A DNA stretch of 64,000 nt. Source: an uncultured Actinomycetes bacterium. Lineage in GTDB: Bacteria; Actinomycetota; Thermoleophilia; RBG-16-64-13. Shown in pieces: positions 49,537 to 60,003 of the stretch. The notes beneath the pieces were generated by a model. The model did not search any database, was not told where the DNA came from, and worked only from the letters and a program-made list of their open reading frames with translations. A program made the translations under genes and the position numbers. Numbering within the stretch: position 1 is the first letter of the stretch; the number at the start of each line of letters is the position of its first letter. Location: positions 768,001 through 832,000 of the forward strand of contig CAWJDT010000001.1 in assembly GCA_963841735.1 (NCBI GenBank), written 5' to 3'.

Positions 49537-50166
49537 ATGAGAGAAGCGCTGACAGCACAAGAAGCGGCCGCGGGGGCCTGCGTTCCGGCGCCGGGCGCGC
49601 GGCGGCTGGTGGTGGGCATCTCTGGGGCATCTGGGAGTGTCTTTGGCATTCGGCTGCTTGAGGTGCTCCGCGACACTCCCATCGAGACCCATCTGATTCT
49701 TAGCGAAGCCGCCCGGCGGGTAATCGCACTCGAGACCGAGCAGACCTCGGAGCAGGTGGAGGCTCTGGCGGACTATCACTACGGCTATGCGGACATCGAC
49801 GCCGCCATCGCCTCGGGGTCGTTTCACACCATGGGTATGGTTGTGGCCCCCTGCTCCATCAAGAGCCTGGCGGCTGTTGCCGGCTGCCACGCCAACACAC
49901 TTCTGGCGCGGGCCGCGGATGTGACTCTTAAAGAGCGGCGCAAGCTGGTGTTGGTGGTGCGCGAGACCCCGCTGCACCTCGGTCACCTGCGGTTGATGTC
50001 GGCGGTGACGGAGTACGGCGCCGTGGTGCTGCCTCCCGTCCCGGCCTTTTACCACAAGCCCCGCACCATCGCAGACCTGGTAGACCAAACGGTGGGCAAG
50101 ATCCTCGATCAGTTCGGCGTGGAAAGAGGGCTTTTTGAGCGCTGGCGGGGTGTGGATGGGGTCTGA
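49537..50166 (+). CDS. ubiX: flavin prenyltransferase
   Basis: GISGASG, IASGSF, PCSIKSL, RAADVTLKERRKL, RETP, PAFYHKP. Confidence 0.95.
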   Translation: MREALTAQEAAAGACVPAPGARRLVVGISGASGSVFGIRLLEVLRDTPIETHLILSEAARRVIALETEQTSEQVEALADYHYGYADIDAAIASGSFHTMGMVVAPCSIKSLAAVAGCHANTLLARAADVTLKERRKLVLVVRETPLHLGHLRLMSAVTEYGAVVLPPVPAFYHKPRTIADLVDQTVGKILDQFGVERGLFERWRGVDGV

Positions 50167-50641
50167 GGAGAGCGCTGAACTGCGCATCCAAGTTGCCGAC
50201 TATCTGTGCGCGCACCACACGATGACCATCGCGACTGCCGGGGAGGAGGGGAACGCTCCCCATGCGGCCAGCGTTTTCTACGCCGCGGATGACGCGCTTC
50301 GCCTGGTGTTTCTGAGCAAGGCCGACAGCGTGCACGGGCTGCACATCGGAGCCGCGGCGCCGGTGGCGGTCACCGTGACAGAGCAGTACGACGACTGGGA
50401 GAAGATCCAGGGTGTGCAGCTCTGGGGCAAAGCTCACTTGCTGACGGGGACGGCCAGGGCGGGGGCCTTCATGGTCTACCTGAGGCGCTTTCCCTTTGTG
50501 CGCGACCTGCTCCGCCACCCGCGGCACGCTGAGACCCTTCGGCACATCGGGGTGTACCGGGTGGAGCCGGAGCGGGCGGCATTCACCGACAACTCGGCCG
50601 GCGTCTTCGGTCGTAAGATGCTCGATCTGATGGGAGAATGA
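50156..50641 (+). CDS. pyridoxamine 5'-phosphate oxidase-like (YhbP-like) protein
   Basis: MTIAT...PHAASVFY, S.H, IQGVQLWG, FTDNS..FG.K. Confidence 0.8.
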   Translation: MGSEESAELRIQVADYLCAHHTMTIATAGEEGNAPHAASVFYAADDALRLVFLSKADSVHGLHIGAAAPVAVTVTEQYDDWEKIQGVQLWGKAHLLTGTARAGAFMVYLRRFPFVRDLLRHPRHAETLRHIGVYRVEPERAAFTDNSAGVFGRKMLDLMGE

Positions 50642-50647
50642 TCGTTC

Positions 50648-52426
50648 GTGGAAGTGAGACAGTTCGACAGACGTAGCCTCGGACAGCGGCGGCGGGAGCG
50701 CCGCCGTCGCGTTGTTATGCGGTGGCTCGTTCTCCTGGCCTGTGTTGTTATCGTCCTGCTGGTCGTCCTTATTGCCGGGCGTAGCTGCGGAGATGGTGCG
50801 GGCGGAGGCGGTCAGTCCGGAAACACCACCGAGTTCACCACCACCACTCTCCCCGCCGTCAACATGACGGTGGCCCCCGCCGCCGACACCACCCCGGCGG
50901 CTTTTGACCTAAGCACCGGCACGTATGTAAACGGGGAGAAGGTAACCTCCTACACCCGGCCCGACCCCATCGACTTCGGAGCGGGCGAGGACTACACCAG
51001 CCTAGAAGGTGTCATCACCTTCAGGGGCAACAACTACCGAGAAGGCGCCAGCTACGGCACCCCCAATGTCACCTTGGGCAAACTGACCCTGGAGTGGAGC
51101 ATCCCTTCAGGCAGCATAACCAAGGGCGGAGGAACCGGCTCCTGGACCGGCTCGGGCTGGACCGGGCAACCACTCATCGTCAAATGGCCCGAGGCCACCA
51201 AGCAGATCATGAACCTGAAGGATGCCAAGAAGGCCGACCCGAACCTCGTCGAGGTGATCTACCCTTGTCTAGACGGCCGCATCTACTTTCTGGATCTGGC
51301 CGACGGCAGCGCCACCCGCCCCGTCCTTGAAAGCGGCGGCGGCCCCTTCAAGGGCACCGGCAGCATTTATCCCGACGGCACCCCCATGCTCTTTGTGGGT
51401 CACGGAGATGACTCTCCGAACAAAGAAGTGGTGCGGGCCCGCCTCTATAGCCTCATCGATCAGAAGCTCCTCTACAGCTTCGGCAAGAAACCCGATGCCC
51501 TGTCGTTCAGGGCTTGGCACGCTTATGACTCAAGCGCCCTATTTGACGTGGGATCGGACACTTTGATCGAGCCGGGCGAGAACGGCGTCCTCTACACCAT
51601 CAAACTCAATACCAAGTACGACCCCGTCGCCGGCACCTTATCCGTAGACCCCGAGGAGCCCGTTAAACTGCGCTATACCGCTCCCAACTACAGCGTGAGC
51701 GGCGATAACTCCCCCGACCACCGCTGGTGGGGCATGGAAGACTCCGCTGTCATCTGGCGCAACTACCTCTATGTCAGCGATAACGGTGGCAAGCTCATGT
51801 GCTTCGATCTGAACACCATGAAGATGATCTGGGCCCAAGACGTGCTCGACGACACCAACTCCACGCCCATATTTGAAGAATCTCGGGAAGACGGCACCTG
51901 CTACATCTACATCTCCACCTCGCTGCACATCACCGCCACAGGTAACTCGTCGCGCACGGGCGGCATCCCTATCTGGAAGATAGACGCGGCCACCGGTGAG
52001 ATCGTGTGGCAGACGCCCGACTACCCCTGCTACACCATAAGCGGCGTTTCCGGAGGGGTGGAGGCCACCCCAGTCTTGGGTAAGAACGATATCTCCAATC
52101 TGGTGATCTACCCCATCGCCCGCACACCGGGCGCCAACTCCGGGATCCTGGTGGCCCTTGACAAGGCGACCGGAGAAGAGGTCTGGAAGATGCCCATGAC
52201 CAACTACGCCTGGAGTTCACCGATTGCCATCTACACGCCGGCGGGCAAGAGTTACATAGTGCAGTGTGACTCGGTGGGCACCATGTTCCTAATCGAAGGC
52301 ACCACCGGAACCATAGTAGACACGCTTGATCTAGGGACCAACGTCGAGGCTTCCCCCGCTGCCTACGGCAACATGATCGTGGTGGGTACTCGGGGCGAGA
52401 AGATCTGCGGAGTGAGCATCAAGTAG
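50648..52426 (+). CDS. membrane-anchored PQQ-binding-like beta-propeller protein
   Basis: N-terminal TM helix, TFRGNNYR, WTGSGWTGQP, repeated A.D..TGE..W motifs, EASPA. Confidence 0.8.
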   Translation: MEVRQFDRRSLGQRRRERRRRVVMRWLVLLACVVIVLLVVLIAGRSCGDGAGGGGQSGNTTEFTTTTLPAVNMTVAPAADTTPAAFDLSTGTYVNGEKVTSYTRPDPIDFGAGEDYTSLEGVITFRGNNYREGASYGTPNVTLGKLTLEWSIPSGSITKGGGTGSWTGSGWTGQPLIVKWPEATKQIMNLKDAKKADPNLVEVIYPCLDGRIYFLDLADGSATRPVLESGGGPFKGTGSIYPDGTPMLFVGHGDDSPNKEVVRARLYSLIDQKLLYSFGKKPDALSFRAWHAYDSSALFDVGSDTLIEPGENGVLYTIKLNTKYDPVAGTLSVDPEEPVKLRYTAPNYSVSGDNSPDHRWWGMEDSAVIWRNYLYVSDNGGKLMCFDLNTMKMIWAQDVLDDTNSTPIFEESREDGTCYIYISTSLHITATGNSSRTGGIPIWKIDAATGEIVWQTPDYPCYTISGVSGGVEATPVLGKNDISNLVIYPIARTPGANSGILVALDKATGEEVWKMPMTNYAWSSPIAIYTPAGKSYIVQCDSVGTMFLIEGTTGTIVDTLDLGTNVEASPAAYGNMIVVGTRGEKICGVSIK

Positions 52427-52546
52427 GGCCGGGCTGCGGGTGGCGCGACCTCCCCGTGCTCCTCATGAGGTGACCTCCTCCGGCCGATAGTCCTCCCGTA
52501 GGGTTCTCGCTTTCGAGTGCGAGAGAGTCTCTCGCGTAGGCGGCTC

Positions 52547-52789
52547 ATGGCTACTCCCCATACATGCGAATGCCCCGGCTGTGGTGCGACCGTCGGCTTA
52601 CCGGATAGCTGCTTTGCCGGTGGTTCTCCGTGCGAGGCCGAACGCCTTGGCCAAGTGGCTAGGGCCGTGTGCGGCTGCTGGACGGCGGAGCTGCCCGAGG
52701 GTGTATTCCATCGCCTCTTGAGTGCCGTGACGGCCAGCGCGGGCAGTCACTGTCTCCCCAAGAATCGAGCCGGGCGGACTGCTTTCTAG
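52547..52789 (+). CDS. small Cys-rich hypothetical protein
   Basis: CECPGC...C...C...CGCW; convergent on polX. Confidence 0.35.
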   Translation: MATPHTCECPGCGATVGLPDSCFAGGSPCEAERLGQVARAVCGCWTAELPEGVFHRLLSAVTASAGSHCLPKNRAGRTAF

Positions 52790-54522
52790 AGCGATCCCCA
52801 AGGTCGGCTGTTGGCCACGTCGCTCGCGGTCAGCCAGCCACGCCTGGCCTCCTGCACCCCGTAGCGAAGATTGTCGAAGTCGGACGGGCTGTGCGCGTCG
52901 CTGCTTATGACCAGTTTCGCGCCCAAGGCGGCCGCGCGGCGCGCCGCCTGCGCCGTCAGGTCCAACCGGTCCGGCGATCCGTTGATCTCCAGATAGGTGC
53001 CTGTTTCGGCCGCCACGCGAGCCAACATCTCGAGGTCCACTTGATAGGGTTCACGTCGTCCCAAGAGGCGGCCGGTAGGGTGGCCGAGGGAACGCACGTG
53101 CGGGTTGCGCATGGCGCCGGTGAGCCGTTCCATAATCTTGGCCTGCGGTTGTGCGAACCCGGAATGGATGCTGGCGGTGACGAAGTCTAGGCGGGCCAGG
53201 CTGTCGTCGGGCAGGTCGAGCCGCCCGTCGGCGAGGATGTCCACCTCGATGCCGGCCAGAAGCCGGATGCCTTCCAGCCGGCTATCCAGTTCTCTGATTG
53301 CCTCGATCTGCGCCAGCAGGCGCTCGGGACCAAGGCCCCCGGTCATGCCCAGCGACTGGGAATGGTCACAGAAGCAGAGGTAGTCCAGACCCCTCTCCCG
53401 GGCCGCAAGGGCCATCTCTTCCAAGGTGGCGCGGCCGTCGGTCCAATCGGAGTGCACGTGCAGGTCACCGCGCAAATCGGGGAGAGACACCAAGTCAGGG
53501 AGCGATCCTTCCTCGGCCGCCTGGATCTCCCCCTGGTCCTCCCGCAACTCCGGGGGGATGTAGCGCAGACCCACCTGCGCATACACCTCCTCTTCGGTGG
53601 CGCAGGTGACCTGCCTTCCGGTCTCTAGGTGCTCGACGTGGTACTCGCTGATCTTGCAGCCGCGGCGCTGGGCGTGGCCGCGCAGGGCCACGTTGTGGGC
53701 GGCGCTGCCCGTATAGTGTTGCAGAAGGTTTCCGTACGACTCGGCGGGGACGATGCGGAAGTCGACCTCGAGGCCGGTGTGGGTCTTGGCCGCCAGCTTG
53801 GTGTCTCCACGCTCATCGATTTGGGCCACTTCAGGCAGGGAGGCGAAGAAGTCCATGACCGCCGCCGGACTGGACGAGGCGGCTACCAAGTCGATGTCTC
53901 CCGTCGTGGCGCGCAGACGGCGCAGGCTGCCGGCATAGTCGGCGGCTGAGACCGCGGGCAGGGTGCGCAGCGCATCCACCAGATGGGAAGCCTGGGGCTC
54001 CACCGTGGAACGGAGGCGGCGGATCTCCTCTCCGTTGGCAGCTGCCGCCTTGTGAGCCTCCAAGGCGCGGAGCAGCTTGGCCTCTGTTCTATCGCCCATG
54101 CCGGGGATCTCGCGGATGTGACCCTCGCGGCAGGCCCGCTCCAGACCGCGCAGATCGACTACTCCCGCGGACTTCCAGACTAGGCGCGCCCTCTTGGCCC
54201 CCATGCCGGGCATACGCATGATGGCGAGCAATCCCTCGGGATAGCGCTCCCGCAGTTGCTCCAAGAAGGCCATCTTGCCGGTAGCGATGTACTCCAGGAC
54301 TTTGGCCTCGATGGCCTCGCCCACACCCGGTAACGCTCGGAGTTCGCTTCGGACCGCCATCTCGGCGATCGACAGCGGGTGGTCGGCGAAGAGGGTGGCG
54401 GCTTTCTCGTAGGCGATCACCCGGTAGATGGACTCGCCCTCCAGGGCCAAGTAGCCGGCCACGTCGGCGAAGAGGGAGGCCAACTCGCCGTTGGTGGGCA
54501 TGTGCGTAGCCTCAGCGGCCAT
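52786..54522 (-). CDS. polX: DNA polymerase/3'-5' exonuclease PolX (PolX + PHP)
   Basis: LPGVGEAI, AGSLRR, GDIDLV, YTGSAAHN, GDLHVHSDWTDG, SSDAH. Confidence 0.95.
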   Translation of the reverse strand: MAAEATHMPTNGELASLFADVAGYLALEGESIYRVIAYEKAATLFADHPLSIAEMAVRSELRALPGVGEAIEAKVLEYIATGKMAFLEQLRERYPEGLLAIMRMPGMGAKRARLVWKSAGVVDLRGLERACREGHIREIPGMGDRTEAKLLRALEAHKAAAANGEEIRRLRSTVEPQASHLVDALRTLPAVSAADYAGSLRRLRATTGDIDLVAASSSPAAVMDFFASLPEVAQIDERGDTKLAAKTHTGLEVDFRIVPAESYGNLLQHYTGSAAHNVALRGHAQRRGCKISEYHVEHLETGRQVTCATEEEVYAQVGLRYIPPELREDQGEIQAAEEGSLPDLVSLPDLRGDLHVHSDWTDGRATLEEMALAARERGLDYLCFCDHSQSLGMTGGLGPERLLAQIEAIRELDSRLEGIRLLAGIEVDILADGRLDLPDDSLARLDFVTASIHSGFAQPQAKIMERLTGAMRNPHVRSLGHPTGRLLGRREPYQVDLEMLARVAAETGTYLEINGSPDRLDLTAQAARRAAALGAKLVISSDAHSPSDFDNLRYGVQEARRGWLTASDVANSRPWGSL

Positions 54523-56752
54523 GGATGAGATAGCACCTGTGGATACGGGGATTGCGCGCGAAGTCCGGGGGGATGGTCTGCGCGCTGATGTCGCTGATCG
54601 CGAATTGCTCGGACAGCTCTGGGTCGAGCTTGAAGCGGCGAGAGTTGGTGGAGAACAGGAGGGCGCCGCCTGGGGAGAGCAGGTGGACGGCGGGCCGGAT
54701 GAGAGCGGCGTGATCGCGCTGGATGTCAAGAGTGTCGGTCATGCTCTTGGAGTTGGAAAAGGTGGGGGCGTCCAGAAAGATGAGGCCGTAGTCGTGGGGC
54801 GCACCCGGGGTGCCACCGGTCTTCCGGGTAGCGGTCGCCTCCAGCCACTCCACACAATCCGCCCGCACGTAGCTGTGCTCGGGCCCGGAGAACCCGTTGA
54901 GGGTCATGTTGCGTCGAGCCCATTCCAGGTAGGTGGACGACAAGTCGAGCGTGGTGGTTTCGGTCGCCCCTCCGGCGGCAGCGTAGACCGAAGCGGAGCC
55001 GGTGTAGGCAAAAAGATTGAGAAACCGCCGCCCCGAGGCCATCTCACGGATGAGGTTCCGGGTGATGCGATGATCGAGGAACAGCCCGGTGTCGAGGTAG
55101 TCGGTCAAGTTCACAAGGAAACGTAGGTCGTTCTCTTGGACCTCGACGAGGTGGCCGTCGTCGCCCAGCTTCTGGTACTGCTCGGGGCCTCTCTGCGGTC
55201 TCCGTATTTTCGTCACCACGTGGGAGGCTGGGACTCCCAGCACCCCGGGAACGGCAGCCACCGCCTGCTTCAACCTGCGCCGGGCTCGTACGGGGTCCAC
55301 TGTATCGGGGGGCGAATACTCCTGAACGTGCACCCAATCCCCGTAGAGATCGACGGCCACCGCATATTCCGGCAGGTCGGCATCGTAGACGCGGTAGCAC
55401 TGGATGTTCTCGCGGGTTGCCCACGACCGCAGATGCTTGAGGTTCTTGCGGAGACGGTTGGCGAACATCTGCGCGCCCTCTCCGAGTGCCGTGTCGGCGC
55501 CGGTGTGCGGACCGGCTGCCTGGCCGTCGCCGCCATGGACGTCACCTATATGGAAGAGCAGCAGTTTGCACTCCAGCGGGCCGTTGTAGAGAACGTTGAC
55601 CCGGTGGGCTCGTAGCCCCAAGTGAGCTCCCAAGTCCGGATTGCCGGTGAAGATAGCGGCTTCCCACCCCGAGAAGTGCTCCTTGAGCTTCTGGCCCAGG
55701 GTCTCGTAGGTCTCCACCAACGCCAGCGCGTCTCCGAGCCGTTTGCCGTAGGGCGGGTTGGTCACCATAAGGCCCGGGATGCCCGTCGGGGCTGCGCGTA
55801 CCTGGCCGTCCGTCCGGACGAGACCGGTGAGCCCGGACAGCCCGCGTTTCCCCAGCAATATGCGGCCCGCGAGCCCCGCCCTGCGGGCGTTGGCGCGGGC
55901 CGTCAGCACGGCCTTGTTATCCACATCGAATCCCAAGATGGGGGGCAGGGTTTTCAGTCCTTGGACGCGTCGCTCCTGGGCCTCTCGTATAAGGTCGGTC
56001 CATTCCGCGGGCTCAAAACCTCTCCACCCCAAGAAGCCGAAGTACTCCCTCAGCAGACCCGGAGCGATGTCGGCGGCCATGAAGGCGCCTTCAACCAACA
56101 GAGTGCCCGAGCCGCACATGGGGTCTATCAGAGTCCCGCCCGCCCCGGCGACGCCCGGCCATCCTGCGCGCAGCAGGATGGCCGCGGCCAGGTTCTCTTT
56201 GAGGGGGGCGTCTCCCCCCTCCATGCGATATCCGCGCCTGTGCAGGCTGTCGCCGGAGAGGTCGAGGCTGACGACCACCCCGGCTGGGGCGATGTGAAGG
56301 TTGATACGGATGTCCGGCCGGGCCAGGTCGACTCCGGGACGGCTTCCGGTCTTCTCGCGGAAGCGGTCGACCACGGCGTCTTTGACCCGCTGTTCGACGA
56401 AATGGGTGTTGATCTGAGCGAAAGGACCCCGGCTGACGGCCGAGGTCACCTCCACGGCCAGAGTGCCGCTGACCGACATATGGTCTTCCCAGGGGAGTTC
56501 GAGCACAGCGGCGTAGAGGTCGTCGGGCTCTTCGGCCGCAAACGAGGTGAGGCGGAGGAGCACCCGGCCCGCCACTCGCGACCACAGGCACACCCGGTAG
56601 GCCAGCGCGAGCGATCCGGTGAAGGCGGCCCCGCCTCTGGTCTCGGTGGCGTCGGTGGCGCCCAGCGAGCGTAGTTCGTCCAGCAAGAGCCCTTCTGTGT
56701 TGCGCAGACAGGTGACGAAGAAGGCGTGATTGTTAAAGGAAGTGAGTGGCAT
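54512..56752 (-). CDS. rlmKL: bifunctional 23S rRNA methyltransferase RlmKL
   Basis: THUMP domain, LHRRGYR, APLKENLAA, DPMCGSGT, NPPYG, YLDTGLFLDHR, LNLFAYTG. Confidence 0.93.
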   Translation of the reverse strand: MPLTSFNNHAFFVTCLRNTEGLLLDELRSLGATDATETRGGAAFTGSLALAYRVCLWSRVAGRVLLRLTSFAAEEPDDLYAAVLELPWEDHMSVSGTLAVEVTSAVSRGPFAQINTHFVEQRVKDAVVDRFREKTGSRPGVDLARPDIRINLHIAPAGVVVSLDLSGDSLHRRGYRMEGGDAPLKENLAAAILLRAGWPGVAGAGGTLIDPMCGSGTLLVEGAFMAADIAPGLLREYFGFLGWRGFEPAEWTDLIREAQERRVQGLKTLPPILGFDVDNKAVLTARANARRAGLAGRILLGKRGLSGLTGLVRTDGQVRAAPTGIPGLMVTNPPYGKRLGDALALVETYETLGQKLKEHFSGWEAAIFTGNPDLGAHLGLRAHRVNVLYNGPLECKLLLFHIGDVHGGDGQAAGPHTGADTALGEGAQMFANRLRKNLKHLRSWATRENIQCYRVYDADLPEYAVAVDLYGDWVHVQEYSPPDTVDPVRARRRLKQAVAAVPGVLGVPASHVVTKIRRPQRGPEQYQKLGDDGHLVEVQENDLRFLVNLTDYLDTGLFLDHRITRNLIREMASGRRFLNLFAYTGSASVYAAAGGATETTTLDLSSTYLEWARRNMTLNGFSGPEHSYVRADCVEWLEATATRKTGGTPGAPHDYGLIFLDAPTFSNSKSMTDTLDIQRDHAALIRPAVHLLSPGGALLFSTNSRRFKLDPELSEQFAISDISAQTIPPDFARNPRIHRCYLIHGR

Positions 56753-56768
56753 GATGCCGCAGAGTATA

Positions 56769-56806
56769 GACGGAGGGGCGGGGCGTGATCGCCCCGCCCC
56801 TCCGTC
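56769..56806 (-). terminator. 17-bp perfect GC hairpin after mscL
   Basis: GACGGAGGGGCGGGGCG-TGAT-CGCCCCGCCCCTCCGTC. Confidence 0.7.
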
Positions 56807-56837
56807 GGTGCTCGCTTCGTGAGTGGGCGCCGCGGTT

Positions 56838-57287
56838 CTAGGATTTCTCGGCGGCCGGTAGCTCCGAGGTGCAGGCTGGGCAGCGGGTCGCCGCCAGCGG
56901 GATGGATGTGGTGCAGAACGGGCAGTTCCTGGTGGTCGTCGCCTTCGGCTTTGAGACCTTCGCGTAAGCCTTGATGACGAAGAACAGCACGAGGGCCACG
57001 ATGAGGAAGGTCAGTATGGCGTTGACGAAAACGCCGTAGTTGATGGTAACAGCGCCTGCCGCCTGCGCGTCGGCGAGCGTGGCGTACGATCCACCCGGGA
57101 CGCCGTCCTTGATCACCGCGAAGAGATTCGAGAAGTCGACCCCGCCAAGCCCCAAGCCCACCGCGGGCATGATCATGTCGTTCACAAGTGACGTGACCAC
57201 GGTGGCGAACGTGACCCCCATGATGAAGGCCACGGCCAGTTGGACTAGGTTGCCTTTGTCGATAAACGCCCTAAAGTCTTTCAGCAT
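56838..57287 (-). CDS. mscL: large-conductance mechanosensitive channel with C-terminal Zn-ribbon
   Basis: MLKDFRAFIDKGNLVQLAVAFIMG, INYGVF, CPFC...RCPACTS. Confidence 0.93.
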   Translation of the reverse strand: MLKDFRAFIDKGNLVQLAVAFIMGVTFATVVTSLVNDMIMPAVGLGLGGVDFSNLFAVIKDGVPGGSYATLADAQAAGAVTINYGVFVNAILTFLIVALVLFFVIKAYAKVSKPKATTTRNCPFCTTSIPLAATRCPACTSELPAAEKS

Positions 57288-57331
57288 GTCCGCTCTCCTT
57301 GTCCTCGGTCGACAGTATCGGGCACTTCGTG

Positions 57332-59821
57332 CTAGCCCCAGGCCCCGGTCAGCGGCCCGGAGGCATCCTTCCAGTAGGGCATCCACACCAGGCCCAGGGC
57401 GTCCACCGTGATGTCACTCTTGCGGGGCCGCATTAGCAGTTTCTCCAGAGCCTCGGTCTTGGGATCCAGACCGGATTGGAGGGCAGCGATCTGCTCCTGC
57501 AGCTCGGTGTCCAGGTCGGCGAGTTTCTGCTTGACGGCGGTGAGGTTCTCATCGGCCCGCTTGACGTCGCCGCCCTCGTCGATGCTGCGACCCACGTCGC
57601 GCATGGTGGTGGTTGCTCGGCCCAGGGTACCGGTGCTGAGTTTCTTGCGCCCCCCCAGAGCGCTGAGGACGGTGGCGCCAAAGGAGATGGCTGTCTGCAG
57701 CTTGCGGCCGCGAGACTGTTCGGCCTCGCGGGCCTTCGCCTGTTCGGCTCTGAACACCTGCTGCTCCACCGTGGCCTTCTTGGCGTCGTAGCGTTTCTGC
57801 AATGCGTCGACTTGCGCCCTCTTCTTGTCGTCGGCGGCGGCTTGGAGCCGGCCGCGGAAGTCGTCCTCGCTCTCTCCGGGGTTGGAGGTCGCCTTGAAGG
57901 TGGCGCTCTTGAACACCTCCATGGTCTGGGTGCGGAAGGCCCAGTCGGAGAAGTCACCCATCCAAGAGCGATACGACGATACCTTGGTCATGACCGCGGG
58001 CAGGGGGAGCATGGCGGCGCCGGCGTAGGGCCGGCGGTCCAGCTCTTCTAGAGACGGCTCGAGAGCAGTGGCCTTCTCCCAGTCGATGGCGAGAGCGCTC
58101 TCGGGAGCCGATGCGATGCGGCGGATCCGGTTAGAAGTGCCGGCTCCACTTCCCCTGCTGACAAATGCGACGGTCGCTGCCGCTAGGACCCCGGCTTGAT
58201 AGACGAGCTGCCCACCTGGGGGAGTCGTACCCCGCACCGGCAGGTAGTACTGGGGTATATCGGCCGGGATGGTGGCGGGGCCGCCGGCTCCGGCAGCCGC
58301 GGTGGCCGCGACTGCGCCGGGCAGAGGCCCAGCGAGGATGGTGGCGGGCGGTTGAACCTCCGCGGCCGCCCGCCCGGCCGCCCGCTCGGCCTCCTGCTTC
58401 TCGATGCGCGGCCGGCGTGGGTCCATGAGGGTCTTGATCTGCGTGCGGGTGGCCGGCCCAGCCAGGTACGACATGGTCCAGCGGGTTTGGAAGGTCACCG
58501 GGGCGTTCTCGTGCACGTTGTACATGAGGAACACCCGCTTGCCCAGCCCGGCCAGCGTCTCCTCCATCTTGCCACGGTCGAACTTGCCTTCTGTGCCGGC
58601 GGCCACGCCCTCCAGCCCCTCGAGTAGACGGTCTTTGTCGCGCTCGGTCTGCAGTCGGCCGATGAACCAGGTGCCGGCGTTGGCCAGACCTTTGTAGTCG
58701 AGATCCACCGGGTTCTGAGTGGCCAAGAGCACTCCCACCCCGAAGGCTCTGGCCTGCTTGAGCAGAGTAAGGAGTGGCTTCTTGGACGGGGGTTCGGCGA
58801 CAGGCGGGAAGAAGCCGAAGATCTCGTCCATGTATATGATGGCTCTCAGGCCGCCTGTGCCGGGCTGCGACCGCACCCAGCCCAACACCTCGTTGAGCAG
58901 GAGCGACACGAAGAACATGCGCTCGGCGTCGGAGAGATGGGCGATGGAGAAGATGGAGACCCGAGGCCTGCCGTCAGCGGCATGCAGCATGTTCTGGATG
59001 TCCAGGGCGTCGCCCTCGAGCCAGGTCTGGAATGTGGGAGCTGCCAGCAGGTTGTTTATGAGCATGGCCAGCTGGTTTCGCTCCTTGGACGGGTAGAACG
59101 ATTCCAGGTCGACCACTCCCACCGTCGCGAAGGGCGGATTCTGGATCTGCGGGATGAGCGCCGCCAGGTCCAGGTCCCGACCGGCCGACCAGGCGGTGTT
59201 GAAGAGTCTCGACAGCAGGATGTGCTCCCGGCTTTGCACCGGATCGGCGGCTATGCCCACCAGTCCCAAGAGACTCGTGGCGGCGGTGCTTATGCGGTCG
59301 CGAAACGCTTCCTCGTCGTCACGAACGGACTGGGTCGGTGCGGCGAACGATTTGAGGATGCTCACGGGGAGCCCAGCGGTGGACCCGGGGGTGTAGATGG
59401 TGAAGTCGGCAGCGTCCTTCAGACGCTTGATCCGCTCGGGTTCGATATCCCAATCGGCCAGACCTTGCTTCCAGGTCTCCGCCTGTTCCTTGGCGAAGCC
59501 GTCCAAGGACACACCCTTCTTGTTGGCCTCGTCTTCGCTCACCCAGGGGCGGAACTCCTGGGCACTAAGGTCGGGGAAGGTAAGCAGGAGGTTGGCCAGA
59601 TCGCCCTTGGGGTCTATGACGATAGCCGGGATCCCGTCGAGAGCGGCTTCTTCGAGCAGGCCCACGCAGAGCCCTGTCTTTCCGCTGCCGGTCATACCTA
59701 CGCACATGCCGTGGGTGACGAGGTCTGTGGAGTCGTAGAGGAGGGGGTCGCCGGCCTTCTTGGTGGACAGGTCGTACCTGCGGCCCAGGTAGAAGGAACC
59801 CAGCTTGTCGTAGTCATTCAT
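57332..59821 (-). CDS. HerA/DUF87-like P-loop ATPase
   Basis: GMTGSGKT, IDPKGD, YMDEIFG, LATQNPVDLDYK, coiled-coil C-terminus. Confidence 0.85.
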   Translation of the reverse strand: MNDYDKLGSFYLGRRYDLSTKKAGDPLLYDSTDLVTHGMCVGMTGSGKTGLCVGLLEEAALDGIPAIVIDPKGDLANLLLTFPDLSAQEFRPWVSEDEANKKGVSLDGFAKEQAETWKQGLADWDIEPERIKRLKDAADFTIYTPGSTAGLPVSILKSFAAPTQSVRDDEEAFRDRISTAATSLLGLVGIAADPVQSREHILLSRLFNTAWSAGRDLDLAALIPQIQNPPFATVGVVDLESFYPSKERNQLAMLINNLLAAPTFQTWLEGDALDIQNMLHAADGRPRVSIFSIAHLSDAERMFFVSLLLNEVLGWVRSQPGTGGLRAIIYMDEIFGFFPPVAEPPSKKPLLTLLKQARAFGVGVLLATQNPVDLDYKGLANAGTWFIGRLQTERDKDRLLEGLEGVAAGTEGKFDRGKMEETLAGLGKRVFLMYNVHENAPVTFQTRWTMSYLAGPATRTQIKTLMDPRRPRIEKQEAERAAGRAAAEVQPPATILAGPLPGAVAATAAAGAGGPATIPADIPQYYLPVRGTTPPGGQLVYQAGVLAAATVAFVSRGSGAGTSNRIRRIASAPESALAIDWEKATALEPSLEELDRRPYAGAAMLPLPAVMTKVSSYRSWMGDFSDWAFRTQTMEVFKSATFKATSNPGESEDDFRGRLQAAADDKKRAQVDALQKRYDAKKATVEQQVFRAEQAKAREAEQSRGRKLQTAISFGATVLSALGGRKKLSTGTLGRATTTMRDVGRSIDEGGDVKRADENLTAVKQKLADLDTELQEQIAALQSGLDPKTEALEKLLMRPRKSDITVDALGLVWMPYWKDASGPLTGAWG

Positions 59822-60003
59822 ATGAGAAAGCTCCTCCCGGCTATGGGGTACCCGTCATGTTCCACAATATGCATGCTCGCGCAGAAACTCAAACTCTCCA
59901 CGACCCGGTGGACTGGGGTTACATCGTCGCCGCGCGTGGGTAGTAACCAAGCACACGCCCGGCGACCCCAGGCCGCACCGCCGAAGGACCGAAAGGGGAA
60001 AAG

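Noticed and set aside
49432-50187. 250-aa N-terminal extension of Nth
   Set aside because: Antisense shadow of ubiX
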